From the NCBI RefSeq assembly GCF_050320075.1, contig NZ_CP190018.1: DNA of 64,000 bases, one strand, 5' to 3'. The stretch comes from Escherichia coli (lineage in GTDB: Bacteria > Pseudomonadota > Gammaproteobacteria > Enterobacterales > Enterobacteriaceae). The notes under the pieces were generated by a model that did not search any database, was not told the origin of the DNA, and saw only the letters and a program-made list of their open reading frames with translations. This document shows, piece by piece, positions 9,491 to 17,687 of this stretch (positions within the stretch are counted from its first letter, which is position 1; the number at the start of each line of letters is the position of its first letter). Position numbers and translations under genes: made by a program.

Positions 9491-9811
9491 TCAGTGCAGT
9501 ACCGGCGCTTTTATGTGACGGGCACAGAGTTCATCCATCACAACCAGCCCGAGAAAGGACAGCGACGGCGCGGCCTTCAGGGGGCCGGATTCCATTAAAT
9601 CTTCCAGCAGGGCACAGGCTATCTGACGCCCTTTTTCCTCACCGTGCTGGCGCAGATAAAAGCCTTCCAGCTCAGCGGCGATGGCCGCCTCCAGTGATTC
9701 AAGGGTGAGATGCGGGTAGCGGTGCTGACGTTCGCACACGGTCAGCCAGGCACAGGCGACAGCGCGACGGTAAAGGGCTGCGCGTAAGACGGGCGGTAAG
9801 GGTGTTTTCAT
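9491..9811 (-). CDS. P4 orf106-like protein
   Basis: 106-aa ORF immediately upstream of alpha, with the position and length of P4 orf106. Confidence 0.6.
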
Positions 9812-9946
9812 TTGTTTTCCTCCCTGTGACAGATGACTGCATTCCGTGCCGGTTGCATTAACTGATAAGGCATATCTGCGTCTCCTGAAGACGTGCGTAT
9901 CCCTGCGCGAATACGCACATTTAATTTTTCGGGTGTCGTTTTTTAA

Positions 9947-10402
9947 TTACAGATAATTGCGGTAACTGTTATCCGGGGTGATTTCCGGGTCAGGCTCCGT
10001 GCGGGGAATTTCCCGCCATTCCCGCGCCACCGGTGCCGCCCGGCTGGCCGGAACAGTGTCCTGCGGGTAAATATCCAGATATTTCTCCCGCCATTTCTGT
10101 AATTCCGGGTCTCCGGCCATTTCTTTCAGTACCGCATGCCGGTTTACGGGGCTGCGTTTAAACAGGTCAGGACGGTCACAGGTAAATTCCCGCAGAAAAC
10201 GCCCCAGCGGGATGTCTGTGGTGCGCCCGTCAGCGAGGATACGCACAAGGATACTGAATTTACGGCGGTACGGGTTCCAGACAATGTCCGGGCAGCGGTA
10301 CGGCATTTCCCACGGAATACCGTCTTCCAGAATGCCGACCACGGCCACATCGGGAAAACCGGCAGAACGGTAAATCTCACCGGGCTGGGGAAAATCAAAC
10401 AT
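9947..10402 (-). CDS. P4 orf151-like protein
   Basis: 151-aa ORF between epsilon and orf106, with the position and length of P4 orf151. Confidence 0.6.
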   Translation of the reverse strand: MFDFPQPGEIYRSAGFPDVAVVGILEDGIPWEMPYRCPDIVWNPYRRKFSILVRILADGRTTDIPLGRFLREFTCDRPDLFKRSPVNRHAVLKEMAGDPELQKWREKYLDIYPQDTVPASRAAPVAREWREIPRTEPDPEITPDNSYRNYL

Positions 10403-10682
10403 GCGTCCTGTCTCCCCGGTCTTTCTGCTGGGCGAGAAAATCGCGGCACAGGCCTTTGGCTTTCAGTTCATTCAGCACAAAATCAATATCTTCATTCAGG
10501 TAGCTGAAAATATGCGGAATGTAGAGCTGATGCAGGCCGGAGAGTTCACGGTGAATCAAATCACCCCCAACAAACCGGGATACGGCGCTGGCGCGGTTGA
10601 GCTTATGGTAAGCCTCAATGCTGAGGTGTTCACGGGCGTCATGACGCGCTGAGACGGTCTGAGGGGCTTTTTTATTACGCAC
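10395..10682 (-). CDS. epsilon: P4 epsilon-like antirepressor (derepresses helper prophage)
   Basis: 95 codons from a GTG at 10680-10682, with GGAGG upstream. Length and position match P4 epsilon. The ORF-track 177-aa ORF is an upstream over-extension. Confidence 0.6.
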   Translation of the reverse strand: MRNKKAPQTVSARHDAREHLSIEAYHKLNRASAVSRFVGGDLIHRELSGLHQLYIPHIFSYLNEDIDFVLNELKAKGLCRDFLAQQKDRGDRTHV

Positions 10683-10872
10683 GGGACACCTCCACCACCG
10701 GCAGACGGGCAGCAAGGGAGAGCACATAGTCACGGACAAGGGAACGGCGGGCGCTGCGTTCATCACCGGCGACGGTGCGAAGCATACAGATACGGGGATG
10801 ACGATCTGCGCGACGGACAGCCGCAAACACAAAGACAAATTCAGGGTGTGAGGTGGTAAGGGTTGTAGCCAT
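10675..10872 (-). CDS. Small ORF (65 aa) downstream of CI RNA; eta-position gene
   Basis: ATG at 10870-10872. Its GGAGG SD (10881-10885) lies inside the seqC-like element, as for the first translated ORF after cI in P4. Confidence 0.5.
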   Translation of the reverse strand: MATTLTTSHPEFVFVFAAVRRADRHPRICMLRTVAGDERSARRSLVRDYVLSLAARLPVVEVSRA

Positions 10873-10883
10873 GATGGCAGCCT

Positions 10884-10924
10884 CCTTGAAGTAACAGTTA
10901 CAGCTACCACTGGAGTTCCTACGC
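10884..10924 (-). promoter_or_regulatory. seqC-like target of CI RNA
   Basis: Minus-sense gcgtaggaac...ttacttcaagg is complementary to the CI seqB ccttgaagg...ttcctac. Near-duplicate of 11106-11131. Confidence 0.65.
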
Positions 10925-11010
10925 TCATGGGTGGTAGCCCGGACGGGGGTAGGAATACCGGCCTTCAAGGAAACCGGCCAGCCCGAAGGCTGCCCCGCCC
11001 GGACCACCAT
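10925..11010 (-). ncRNA. cI: P4-type CI immunity RNA (contains seqB at 10949-10970)
   Basis: A long closing stem (atggtggtccgggcgggg / ccccgtccgggctaccac) encloses ccttgaaggccggtattcctac, which is complementary to both seqA-like and seqC-like elements. Position between PLE and epsilon. Confidence 0.65.
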
Positions 11011-11105
11011 TATCTGACAGAGGCTACGGTTTAAAAACCACAGCCAGAAAAACAGGTGTGCCGAAGCAACGACGTAAAAAAAGACGCATGGCGCGTCATA
11101 TGTCG

Positions 11106-11131
11106 CCTTGAAGTAACTCGGGTTCCTACGC
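11106..11131 (-). promoter_or_regulatory. seqA-like target of CI RNA (overlaps the RBS of a 22-codon kil-position ORF starting at 11101-11103)
   Basis: ccttgaagtaactcgggttcctacgc on the plus strand is a near-duplicate of the seqC-like element and complementary to seqB. Confidence 0.6.
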
Positions 11132-11225
11132 CCGGCTGCCGATTTTGCGGCAGCGGAAAAACTATATCCGCAAATGCCGGAAAAAGGCAAGCCAGAAAAA
11201 GGGACTTTTTGCAGAACAGGCATCA

Positions 11226-11492
11226 TCATGCGTCATACCCCCGTTGGCGTCCGGCAATGCGGCCGGCCATCCATGCGGTGACTTCAGAGTGCAGCCAGGC
11301 CACATTTTTACCGCCAAGACTCACCTGCGGCGGAAATTCCCCCTTACGGATGAGTTCATAGATGGTCGAGCGTGACAGGCCGCACAGGTGCATCACTTCC
11401 GGCAGACGTAAAAAACGCTCCTGCGTGATGTCCGGCAGCGGCATCAGTGGCGTCACAGGGGCGGGAGACGGGGAAGAAAAAACAGCTTGCAT
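11226..11492 (-). CDS. vis: Vis/AlpA-family excisionase-regulator (P4 orf88)
   Basis: 88 aa. The MerR/AlpA-type HTH ([27 protein letters not shown]) and the position between PLL and PLE match P4. Confidence 0.8.
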   Translation of the reverse strand: MQAVFSSPSPAPVTPLMPLPDITQERFLRLPEVMHLCGLSRSTIYELIRKGEFPPQVSLGGKNVAWLHSEVTAWMAGRIAGRQRGYDA

Positions 11493-11594
11493 CGGGCTAC
11501 CTCGTTAATGTCCATACAGCACCGGATAAGTCCGTCCGGCTTCTGGTAGCGCTTTATTTTGTGAATATTTTCAGCAGACGCAACAGGGGGAATT

Positions 11595-11612
11595 TGTTCC
11601 GGCAACCTTACA
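11595..11612. promoter_or_regulatory. TGT-N12-ACA activator dyad of PLL-type late promoter
   Basis: tgttccggcaaccttaca. Centred ~110 nt upstream of the vis start, consistent with a -55 Ogr/Delta-type site. Confidence 0.6.
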
Positions 11613-11770
11613 ATGGCTGTGTGTTTTTTATCCATCTGGACTGGAAGGGTCTCAAAGGGTTCTGAAGGACCTGGAATTTTTTATAGTGAAATACAAATTG
11701 TTTTTTCTTATTTATTTCAGTGAATTAATAAAAATAAACAGTGATAAACAGCATAAAAAGCCCATCAACG

Positions 11771-11884
11771 GGTGAACAGTGGTGAACAGACGGTGAACAG
11801 TCATTACTGCGATTGTTCACCCTTTAACTTACTGTATTACTTATCTTTTTTCTTATGGTGAACAGAGGTGAACAGTAAAATATA
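11771..11884. repeat. P4-type ori: six GGTGAACA/TGTTCACC type I iterons
   Basis: Copies at 11771, 11781, 11793, 11814 (inverted), 11867 and 11877. Same 8-mer as in crr. An AT-rich stretch lies upstream (11690-11760). Confidence 0.8.
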
Positions 11885-11953
11885 AAAAAACAAACAGTAA
11901 GCCGGTTTTTCCTGCGACCTTTTCCTGGCTTGCCGGTCTGAGGATGAGTCTCC

Positions 11954-11971
11954 TGTGTCAGGGCTGGCACA
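11954..11971. promoter_or_regulatory. TGT-N12-ACA activator dyad of Psid-type late promoter
   Basis: tgtgtcagggctggcaca, ~80 nt upstream of the sid ATG (12044). Consistent with a -55 Delta/Ogr site. Confidence 0.65.
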
Positions 11972-12043
11972 TCTGCAATGCGTCGTGTTGCTGTCCGGTG
12001 TACGTCACAATTTTCTTAACCTGAAGTGACGAGGAGCCGGAAA

Positions 12044-12778
12044 ATGTCTGACCACACTATCCCTGAATATCTGCAACCCGCACTGGCACAACTGGAAAAG
12101 GCCAGAGCCGCCCATCTTGAGAACGCCCGCCTGATGGATGAGACCGTCACGGCCATTGAACGGGCAGAGCAGGAAAAAAATGCGCTGGCGCAGGCCGACG
12201 GAAACGACGCTGACGACTGGCGCACGGCCTTTCGTGCAGCCGGTGGTGTCCTGAGCGACGAGCTGAAACAGCGCCACATTGAGCGCGTGGCACGCCGGGA
12301 GCTGGTACAGGAATATGACAATCTGGCCGTGGTGCTGAATTTCGAACGTGAACGCCTGAAAGGGGCGTGTGACAGCACGGCCACCGCCTACCGGAAGGCA
12401 CATCATCACCTTCTGAGTCTGTATGCAGAGCATGAGCTGGAACACGCCCTGAATGAAACCTGTGAGGCGCTTGTCCGGGCAATGCATCTGAGCATTCTGG
12501 TACAGGAAAATCCGCTCGCCAACACCACCGGCCATCAGGGCTACGTCGCACCCGATAAGGCTGTCATGCAGCAGGTGAAATCATCGCTGGAACAGAAAAT
12601 TAAACAGATGCAAATCAGCCTCAGCGGCGAGCCGGTTCTCCGGCTGACCGGACTGTCAGCGGCAACACTTCCGCACATGGATTATGAGGTGGCAGGCACA
12701 CCGGCACAGCGCAAGGTGTGGCAGGACAAAATAGACCAGCAGGGAGCAGAGCTTAAGGCCAGAGGACTGCTGTCATGA
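12044..12778 (+). CDS. sid: Sid capsid size-determination (external scaffold) protein
   Basis: 244 aa from the ATG at 12044 (GAGGAG SD), the same length as P4 Sid. Helical and charged. First gene of the sid-delta-psu operon. Confidence 0.8.
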   Translation: MSDHTIPEYLQPALAQLEKARAAHLENARLMDETVTAIERAEQEKNALAQADGNDADDWRTAFRAAGGVLSDELKQRHIERVARRELVQEYDNLAVVLNFERERLKGACDSTATAYRKAHHHLLSLYAEHELEHALNETCEALVRAMHLSILVQENPLANTTGHQGYVAPDKAVMQQVKSSLEQKIKQMQISLSGEPVLRLTGLSAATLPHMDYEVAGTPAQRKVWQDKIDQQGAELKARGLLS

Positions 12779-13275
12779 TTTACTGCCCGTCGTGTGGACA
12801 TGTTGCTCACACCCGTCGCGCACATTTCATGGACGATGGCACCAAGATAATGATTGCACAGTGCCGGAATATTTATTGCTCTGCGACATTTGAAGCGAGT
12901 GAAAGCTTTTTCTCTGACAGTAAAGATTCAGGAATGGAATACATTTCAGGCAAACAGAGATACCGCGATTCACTGACGTCAGCCTCCGGCAGTATGAAAC
13001 GCCCGAAAAGAATGCTTGTTACCGGATATTGTTGTCGGAGATGTAAAGGCCTTGCACTGTCAAGAACATCGCGGCGTCTGTCTCAGGAAGTCACCGAGCG
13101 TTTTTATGTGTGCACGGATCGGGGCTGTGGTCTGGTGTTTAAAACGCTTCAGACCATCAACCGTTTCATTGTCCGCCCGGTCACGCCGGACGAACTGGCA
13201 GAACGCCTGCATGAAAAACAGGAACTGCCGCCAGTACGGTTAAAAACACAATCATATTCGCTGCGTCTGGAATGA
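12775..13275 (+). CDS. delta: Delta (duplicated Ogr-type zinc-finger late activator)
   Basis: 166 aa. Two CxxC...CxxxxC Ogr-like halves (CPSCGH...CRNIYC and CRRCKG...CTDRGC). ATGA-coupled to sid. Confidence 0.85.
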   Translation: MIYCPSCGHVAHTRRAHFMDDGTKIMIAQCRNIYCSATFEASESFFSDSKDSGMEYISGKQRYRDSLTSASGSMKRPKRMLVTGYCCRRCKGLALSRTSRRLSQEVTERFYVCTDRGCGLVFKTLQTINRFIVRPVTPDELAERLHEKQELPPVRLKTQSYSLRLE

Positions 13276-13348
13276 GGGCTGCCGGTTAACACCGGCCGTC
13301 GCCGCACACCGTATTTTTATTCTTCAGCATGATGAGAAAGAGATAACG

Positions 13349-13921
13349 ATGGAAAGCACAGCCTTACAGCAGGCCTTTGACACCTGTCAGAATAACAAAG
13401 CAGCATGGCTGCAACGCAAAAATGAGCTGGCAGCGGCCGAACAGGAATATCTGCGGCTTCTGTCAGGAGAAGGTAGAAACGTCAGTCGCCTGGACGAATT
13501 ACGCAATATTATCGAAGTCAGAAAATGGCAGGTGAATCAGGCTGCCGGTCGTTATATTCGTTCGCATGAAGCCGTTCAGCACATCAGCATCCGCGACCGG
13601 CTGAATGATTTTATGCAGCAGCACGGCACAGCACTGGCGGCCGCACTGGCACCGGAGCTGATGGGCTACAGTGAGCTGACGGCCATTGCCCGAAACTGTG
13701 CCATACAGCGTGCCACAGATGCCCTGCGTGAAGCCCTTCTGTCCTGGCTTGCGAAGGGGGAAAAAATTAATTATTCCGCACAGGATAGCGACATTTTAAC
13801 GACTATCGGATTCAGGCCTGACGCGGCTTCTGTGGATGACAGCCGTGAAAAATTCACCCCTGCGCAGAACATGATTTTTTCGCGTAAAAGTGCGCAACTG
13901 GCATCACGTCAGTCTGTGTAA
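13349..13921 (+). CDS. psu: Psu (polarity suppression / capsid decoration, Rho antagonist)
   Basis: 190 aa, the same length and position as P4 Psu. Confidence 0.8.
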   Translation: MESTALQQAFDTCQNNKAAWLQRKNELAAAEQEYLRLLSGEGRNVSRLDELRNIIEVRKWQVNQAAGRYIRSHEAVQHISIRDRLNDFMQQHGTALAAALAPELMGYSELTAIARNCAIQRATDALREALLSWLAKGEKINYSAQDSDILTTIGFRPDAASVDDSREKFTPAQNMIFSRKSAQLASRQSV

Positions 13922-14085
13922 AATTCCCCGAAAATCCGCCTGTTTTTACTGAAAAAAGCCATGCATCGATAAGGTGCATGGCTTTGCATGCGTTTTCCTG
14001 CCTCATTTTCTGCAAACCGCACCATTCCCGGCGCGGTCTGAGCGTGTCAGTGCAACTGCATTAAAACCGCCCCGCAAAGCGGGCG

Positions 14086-14104
14086 GGCGAGGCGGGGAAA
14101 GCAC
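14086..14104. other. P2/P4-type cos cohesive-end sequence
   Basis: ggcgaggcggggaaagcac matches the 19-nt P2/P4 cohesive end as I recall it. Located after psu as in P4. Confidence 0.7.
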
Positions 14105-14122
14105 TGCGCGCAACAATGATGA

Positions 14123-15517
14123 TTATGATTTCATTTTATCTGCAATATCTTCTAAGGAATCAAAGAATGCTTTGACAAAGTTGTCTTTATTAACAGTAGT
14201 AAAGTTTTGATTGTAAAATCCTACACATGCAGAAAAAATTGCTCTGCAAGTTAGCTCATTATATTTAGATGAATATAATGGTTCGACTCCACGATACACG
14301 GACCAAGAACCATGAGCTATATCAGACCTAGTCTTATACATTTCCTGAGCCACTCTAGCCCATTTTTTTTCATCTTGATAATAAATAGAAACTAATGAAG
14401 AAACACGACTTACGAAGTTCTTTGTTGTAGATGAATCCTTTTTTTCGCTACTTAGACTAACCAGCCGTTCAAGAGCCGTTGTTAATTTTACTATACGAGA
14501 ACTTTCATCCTTATCCTGTTGTGCGCTACTAAATAAATAGATAGCATCAATTAGCCTGTCTGCAATTACAGAGTTTTCATGAGGTTCTATCGCCAACTCT
14601 ATTAACCGAGAAAGAACTAACCCTAAGTCAGATTTGTAATCATCTTCAAACTTATTCCAAAACTCACCGCTATTGGCTATAGTCCCTTTAGTTGAGTAAT
14701 GATAGTTAAACATTTCGTTTGGTTTCTTGGAAAGATAAAAGCCGTCATAATTTGGGTAAGGATCTGTTGATATACTTAAAAAGTATGGGGAGATATTATA
14801 GTGCACACCAAATAGCTGTAGTATCCCAACCACAAAACATGCAATATTTTTAGCGATTCTCTGCCTACTTAACTTAGAGCGTTTGCTAACAGGGATTTTT
14901 AGGTAGTGTTTATAATGAAATTTATGAGAAGAACAAAATTTCTTAGCTAAATCAAGTTGTTGCTCAGTAAAATCATCACTAATAGTTAAGTGCATTTTTT
15001 CTGCCGATATAATATCAACTCGGCCAATAGACATTATATCTCGTTCCAACCCGTGAGCTAAAATAGGATAATAAAAATCCTCTTCAGACATTTCTCTCCT
15101 TGTTAGTTTTAATGTTTTATTTAGGAGGATAGTACATCCACTCCTGTCGCAACTGCCGTTCTCAACCCAAATATGCATAAACAATATTTTCTTAAGATTA
15201 CTTAAAAATTCATCGGTAGTAACTAGCATTTCTAAGCGATTTGATTTTATAAATCTAGCCGAAATAGCATATAACTTCTCATAAGAGGCATATGATAGAT
15301 GAATTTGAGTTCTAGAAAGATCTGTTCTTCCTTTTATTAGTTCATATGGTGCATCTATGGTCATTCCCAATGAACCAAAATTACCATTATATTCTTTTTT
15401 GTAAAATTCCATAAAATTAGATGAGGATGTTAACTCTTTATTTATTCTAACAGCCTCATCAAGAATAAATTTAAAATCTTTAACGTCTTCCAAACTGGCA
15501 CTCATCATTTTCACCAT
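14123..15517 (-). CDS. Orphan cargo protein with C-terminal HEPN-like Rx4H motif; candidate anti-phage effector
   Basis: 464-aa ORF, markedly AT-rich. Fills the cos-int slot. R397-S-D-I-A-H402 (nt 14312-14329) sits in a helical C-terminal region. Start ambiguous (15517, 15508 or 15505) and overlaps the int 3' end. Confidence 0.6.
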   Translation of the reverse strand: MVKMMSASLEDVKDFKFILDEAVRINKELTSSSNFMEFYKKEYNGNFGSLGMTIDAPYELIKGRTDLSRTQIHLSYASYEKLYAISARFIKSNRLEMLVTTDEFLSNLKKILFMHIWVENGSCDRSGCTILLNKTLKLTRREMSEEDFYYPILAHGLERDIMSIGRVDIISAEKMHLTISDDFTEQQLDLAKKFCSSHKFHYKHYLKIPVSKRSKLSRQRIAKNIACFVVGILQLFGVHYNISPYFLSISTDPYPNYDGFYLSKKPNEMFNYHYSTKGTIANSGEFWNKFEDDYKSDLGLVLSRLIELAIEPHENSVIADRLIDAIYLFSSAQQDKDESSRIVKLTTALERLVSLSSEKKDSSTTKNFVSRVSSLVSIYYQDEKKWARVAQEMYKTRSDIAHGSWSVYRGVEPLYSSKYNELTCRAIFSACVGFYNQNFTTVNKDNFVKAFFDSLEDIADKMKS

Positions 15518-16685
15518 TTAAATTAATAATAAAATCACTATACCACTGCATCATTTTCTTTCGATCTTCTATATACTGTGCATGATTATATACACCACGT
15601 ATCGTGTTTTTATCCACATGAGCCAACTGCATTTCAATCCAAGCAGTATTAAAACCATTTTCATGGAGTATTGTTGATAATGTATGCCTAAATCCATGTC
15701 CTGTAAGTTTTCCCGCATAGCCTATGCGTTTGATAAGTTGATTAACACTTGCCTCACTCATAGGTTTGTTTGGATCATTCCGTCCCGGGAAAACATAACG
15801 ATAATTTCCTGTCATAGATTTAAGTTCATTAAGAAAGCCTAATACCTGGGTCGATAAGGGGACTAGGTGCGGCCTACGCATTTTCATTTTTTCGGCAGGA
15901 ATTTCCCAAATAGCGTTGTCCAGATCAAACTCTTGCCATAATGCCGCTCGCAACTCGATAGTTCTAACCCCAGTAACCATCAATAATTTTGTGGCAATCT
16001 GAACAAGTCGGCTTCCTGCATAACTATCTAAAGCACGCAGAAAATCAGGTATCTCATCTGATTTTAAGAAAGGAAAATGATTTGATTTGTGTACTTCGAG
16101 GGCACTGGACAGATCTGCCGCAGGATTAAACTCTGCTCTTCCGGTAGCAATAGCATATCGAAAAACCTCTGAGCAACGTTGCCGCACTTTGCGCATTTTC
16201 TCCAATGCACCACGTTTCTCAATTTTACGCAGCACATTTAGCAATTCTAGCGGTTTAATTTCCCCTACAGGCCTCGTCCCTACATACGGAAAAATATCAT
16301 TTTGGAACGCCTCAATAATATCTGAGGCATACCCAGCAGACCATTTTGCCGACTTCATCTGATGCCACTCTCTGGCAATCTTTTCGAATGCGTTCTCAGA
16401 TTGAATTCGTAATGCTAATTTTTGTTCTTTTCGAACCTCACTAGGATTTTTTCCCTCGGCCACTATTTTTCTGGCCTCATCACGGCGGGCGCGAGCTTCA
16501 GCAAGTGTGATCGTTGGATAAACACCAAGCGAGATCATTTTAGGTTTACCTGCATAGCGATAACGAAATCGCCAGCTTTTACTTCCATTTGGCTCTACAA
16601 GTAAAGACAACCCTTGCCCATCCCCAAGTGTATAGGCTTTAGCTTCAGGTTTAGCACGGCGAATCTGCATATCATTTAGGGGCAT
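15480..16685 (-). CDS. int: Tyrosine integrase, P4-Int family (DUF4102-type N-terminus)
   Basis: 401 aa. N-terminal LSLLVEPNGSKSWRFRYRYAGK arm-binding-type domain. C-terminal HGFRHT...LAHVDKNTIRGVYNHA catalytic region. Adjacent to the att copy. Confidence 0.9.
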   Translation of the reverse strand: MPLNDMQIRRAKPEAKAYTLGDGQGLSLLVEPNGSKSWRFRYRYAGKPKMISLGVYPTITLAEARARRDEARKIVAEGKNPSEVRKEQKLALRIQSENAFEKIAREWHQMKSAKWSAGYASDIIEAFQNDIFPYVGTRPVGEIKPLELLNVLRKIEKRGALEKMRKVRQRCSEVFRYAIATGRAEFNPAADLSSALEVHKSNHFPFLKSDEIPDFLRALDSYAGSRLVQIATKLLMVTGVRTIELRAALWQEFDLDNAIWEIPAEKMKMRRPHLVPLSTQVLGFLNELKSMTGNYRYVFPGRNDPNKPMSEASVNQLIKRIGYAGKLTGHGFRHTLSTILHENGFNTAWIEMQLAHVDKNTIRGVYNHAQYIEDRKKMMQWYSDFIINLNGENDECQFGRR

Positions 16686-16849
16686 GTGTATAGAATTCCA
16701 AAATCGAACAGGAACATATACATAATCCTATACACATTTAGTACTGGATTCTACTGGAAGGTTATGGACTAACACGGACAACGATAACAAAAAATCTTTT
16801 ATAAAACAGTATGCTTATGGACAAATACGGACGTTTGAAGAAGTTGGGA

Positions 16850-16895
16850 TGGTGCCGATAATAGGAGTCGAACCTACGACCTTCGCATTACGAAT
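16850..16895 (-). other. 46-nt duplicate of the thrW 3' end (att junction between satellite and P22-like prophage)
   Basis: Exact match to 55717-55762 (tggtgccgataataggagtcgaacctacgaccttcgcattacgaat). Diverges inside the anticodon stem, so it is not a complete tRNA. Confidence 0.9.
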
Positions 16896-17126
16896 CTGTA
16901 GCACCAATCATAACTATCTGTTTTAGCAAGCATTAACCGCATTCACCAAGCAATAGTTGATGGCACAAACAGAAAGTTGATGCATGATGTTGTCATGTGT
17001 ATGTCACAAATACGGCACAACGATCTTCAAACATGTAGCCACTCAGCATAGAAGAGCACAAAGCCTTGCAATCCAGTGCAAAGCTTTGTGTGTCTCAGTT
17101 TTGTTTCATCTGTAATTATGTGTTCG

Positions 17127-17429
17127 CTACGATGCAAGAATCCATACCGATAAGCATCCGATAATTGGGAAAGAAAAATCCAACAAACTTCCCACACCCC
17201 ACGCGCGCGGATCAAAACCGCCCCACCACGGCATATTCATACGCTTGCCATGCCCGAACATTTCAATCCAGCGATATTCTGCCTGGGTGTGTTCACGCGC
17301 AATGAAGAACGTACAACCGGCTATCGCACCGTAAGCCCAGTTTCCGGTAAAAAGACCAATCAGTAGCTGCGCAGCCACAGCACAAAGTGCATGAAGTAAG
17401 GGTGTTATATCCATTTTCATCCTACCCAA
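17127..17429 (-). CDS. Small membrane protein of unknown function (att-proximal)
   Basis: 100-aa ORF (likely start MKMDITP at 17420 or 17414) with 2-3 hydrophobic segments. Same strand as the tailspike and acyltransferase. Confidence 0.4.
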   Translation of the reverse strand: MGRMKMDITPLLHALCAVAAQLLIGLFTGNWAYGAIAGCTFFIAREHTQAEYRWIEMFGHGKRMNMPWWGGFDPRAWGVGSLLDFSFPIIGCLSVWILAS

Positions 17430-17456
17430 TAAAACGGGGCGCTCGGCCCATTAATA

Positions 17457-17627
17457 TTATTTAGACGCAAGCGCTGCCTCAATTGCAGATAACATTTGTC
17501 TTAATTCTGCGTTTTCTTCTTCCAGTGCTGTTATTCTGTCGTCTGACTCTCTGGCTACCTGAACAAGCAAGCCAGTAACACCAGAATAATCTACAGTGTA
17601 ATACCGTTCACCTTCTTCACCTAAAGG
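17457..17627 (-). pseudogene. Tail-fibre C-terminal fragment (intramolecular chaperone/S74-like end)
   Basis: 56 codons with no start: ...YYTVDYSGVTGLLVQVARESDDRITALEEENAELRQMLSAIEAALASK*. Resembles the C-terminal coiled tail of S74 chaperone domains. An in-frame stop lies just upstream. Confidence 0.5.
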
Positions 17628-17687
17628 ATGACAAAATCACATAAATAATTTAAAAATCATAGCATTAGATTACTTAATGATTAAATA

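Larger units (their letters stand above)
6652..16895. mobile_element. P4-family satellite prophage (~10.2 kb), apparently complete
   Basis: Order att-crr-alpha-orf106-orf151-epsilon-CI-vis-ori-sid-delta-psu-cos-cargo-int-att matches an integrated P4. Gene lengths match P4: alpha 777, epsilon 95, vis 88, sid 244, delta 166, psu 190 aa. Confidence 0.85.

Noticed and set aside
7233-9708. Many plus-strand ORFs of 65-253 aa overlapping the alpha gene.
   Set aside because: These are Arg/Gly/Pro-rich shadow ORFs antisense to a long GC-rich gene with a clear identity. They have no RBS or recognisable domains.
10395-11229. ORF-track entries of 177 aa (10395-10928) and 184 aa (10675-11229).
   Set aside because: Both read through the CI RNA and the seqA/seqC elements. 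Only their 3' parts are credible: the 95-aa epsilon from a GTG at 10682 and the 65-aa ORF from 10872.
12005-12551. Three minus-strand ORFs (122-176 aa) opposite sid.
   Set aside because: They are antisense shadows of sid with no RBS, and the sid frame matches the P4 Sid length exactly.
13974-14210. A 78-aa plus-strand ORF after psu.
   Set aside because: It spans the cos site and runs antisense into the cargo gene. The Arg/Gly-rich translation comes from the GC-rich cos sequence.
16850-16895. A possible second tRNA-Thr gene.
   Set aside because: Only the 3' 46 nt of thrW are present. The sequence diverges inside the anticodon stem, so no cloverleaf can form. It is an att duplication.
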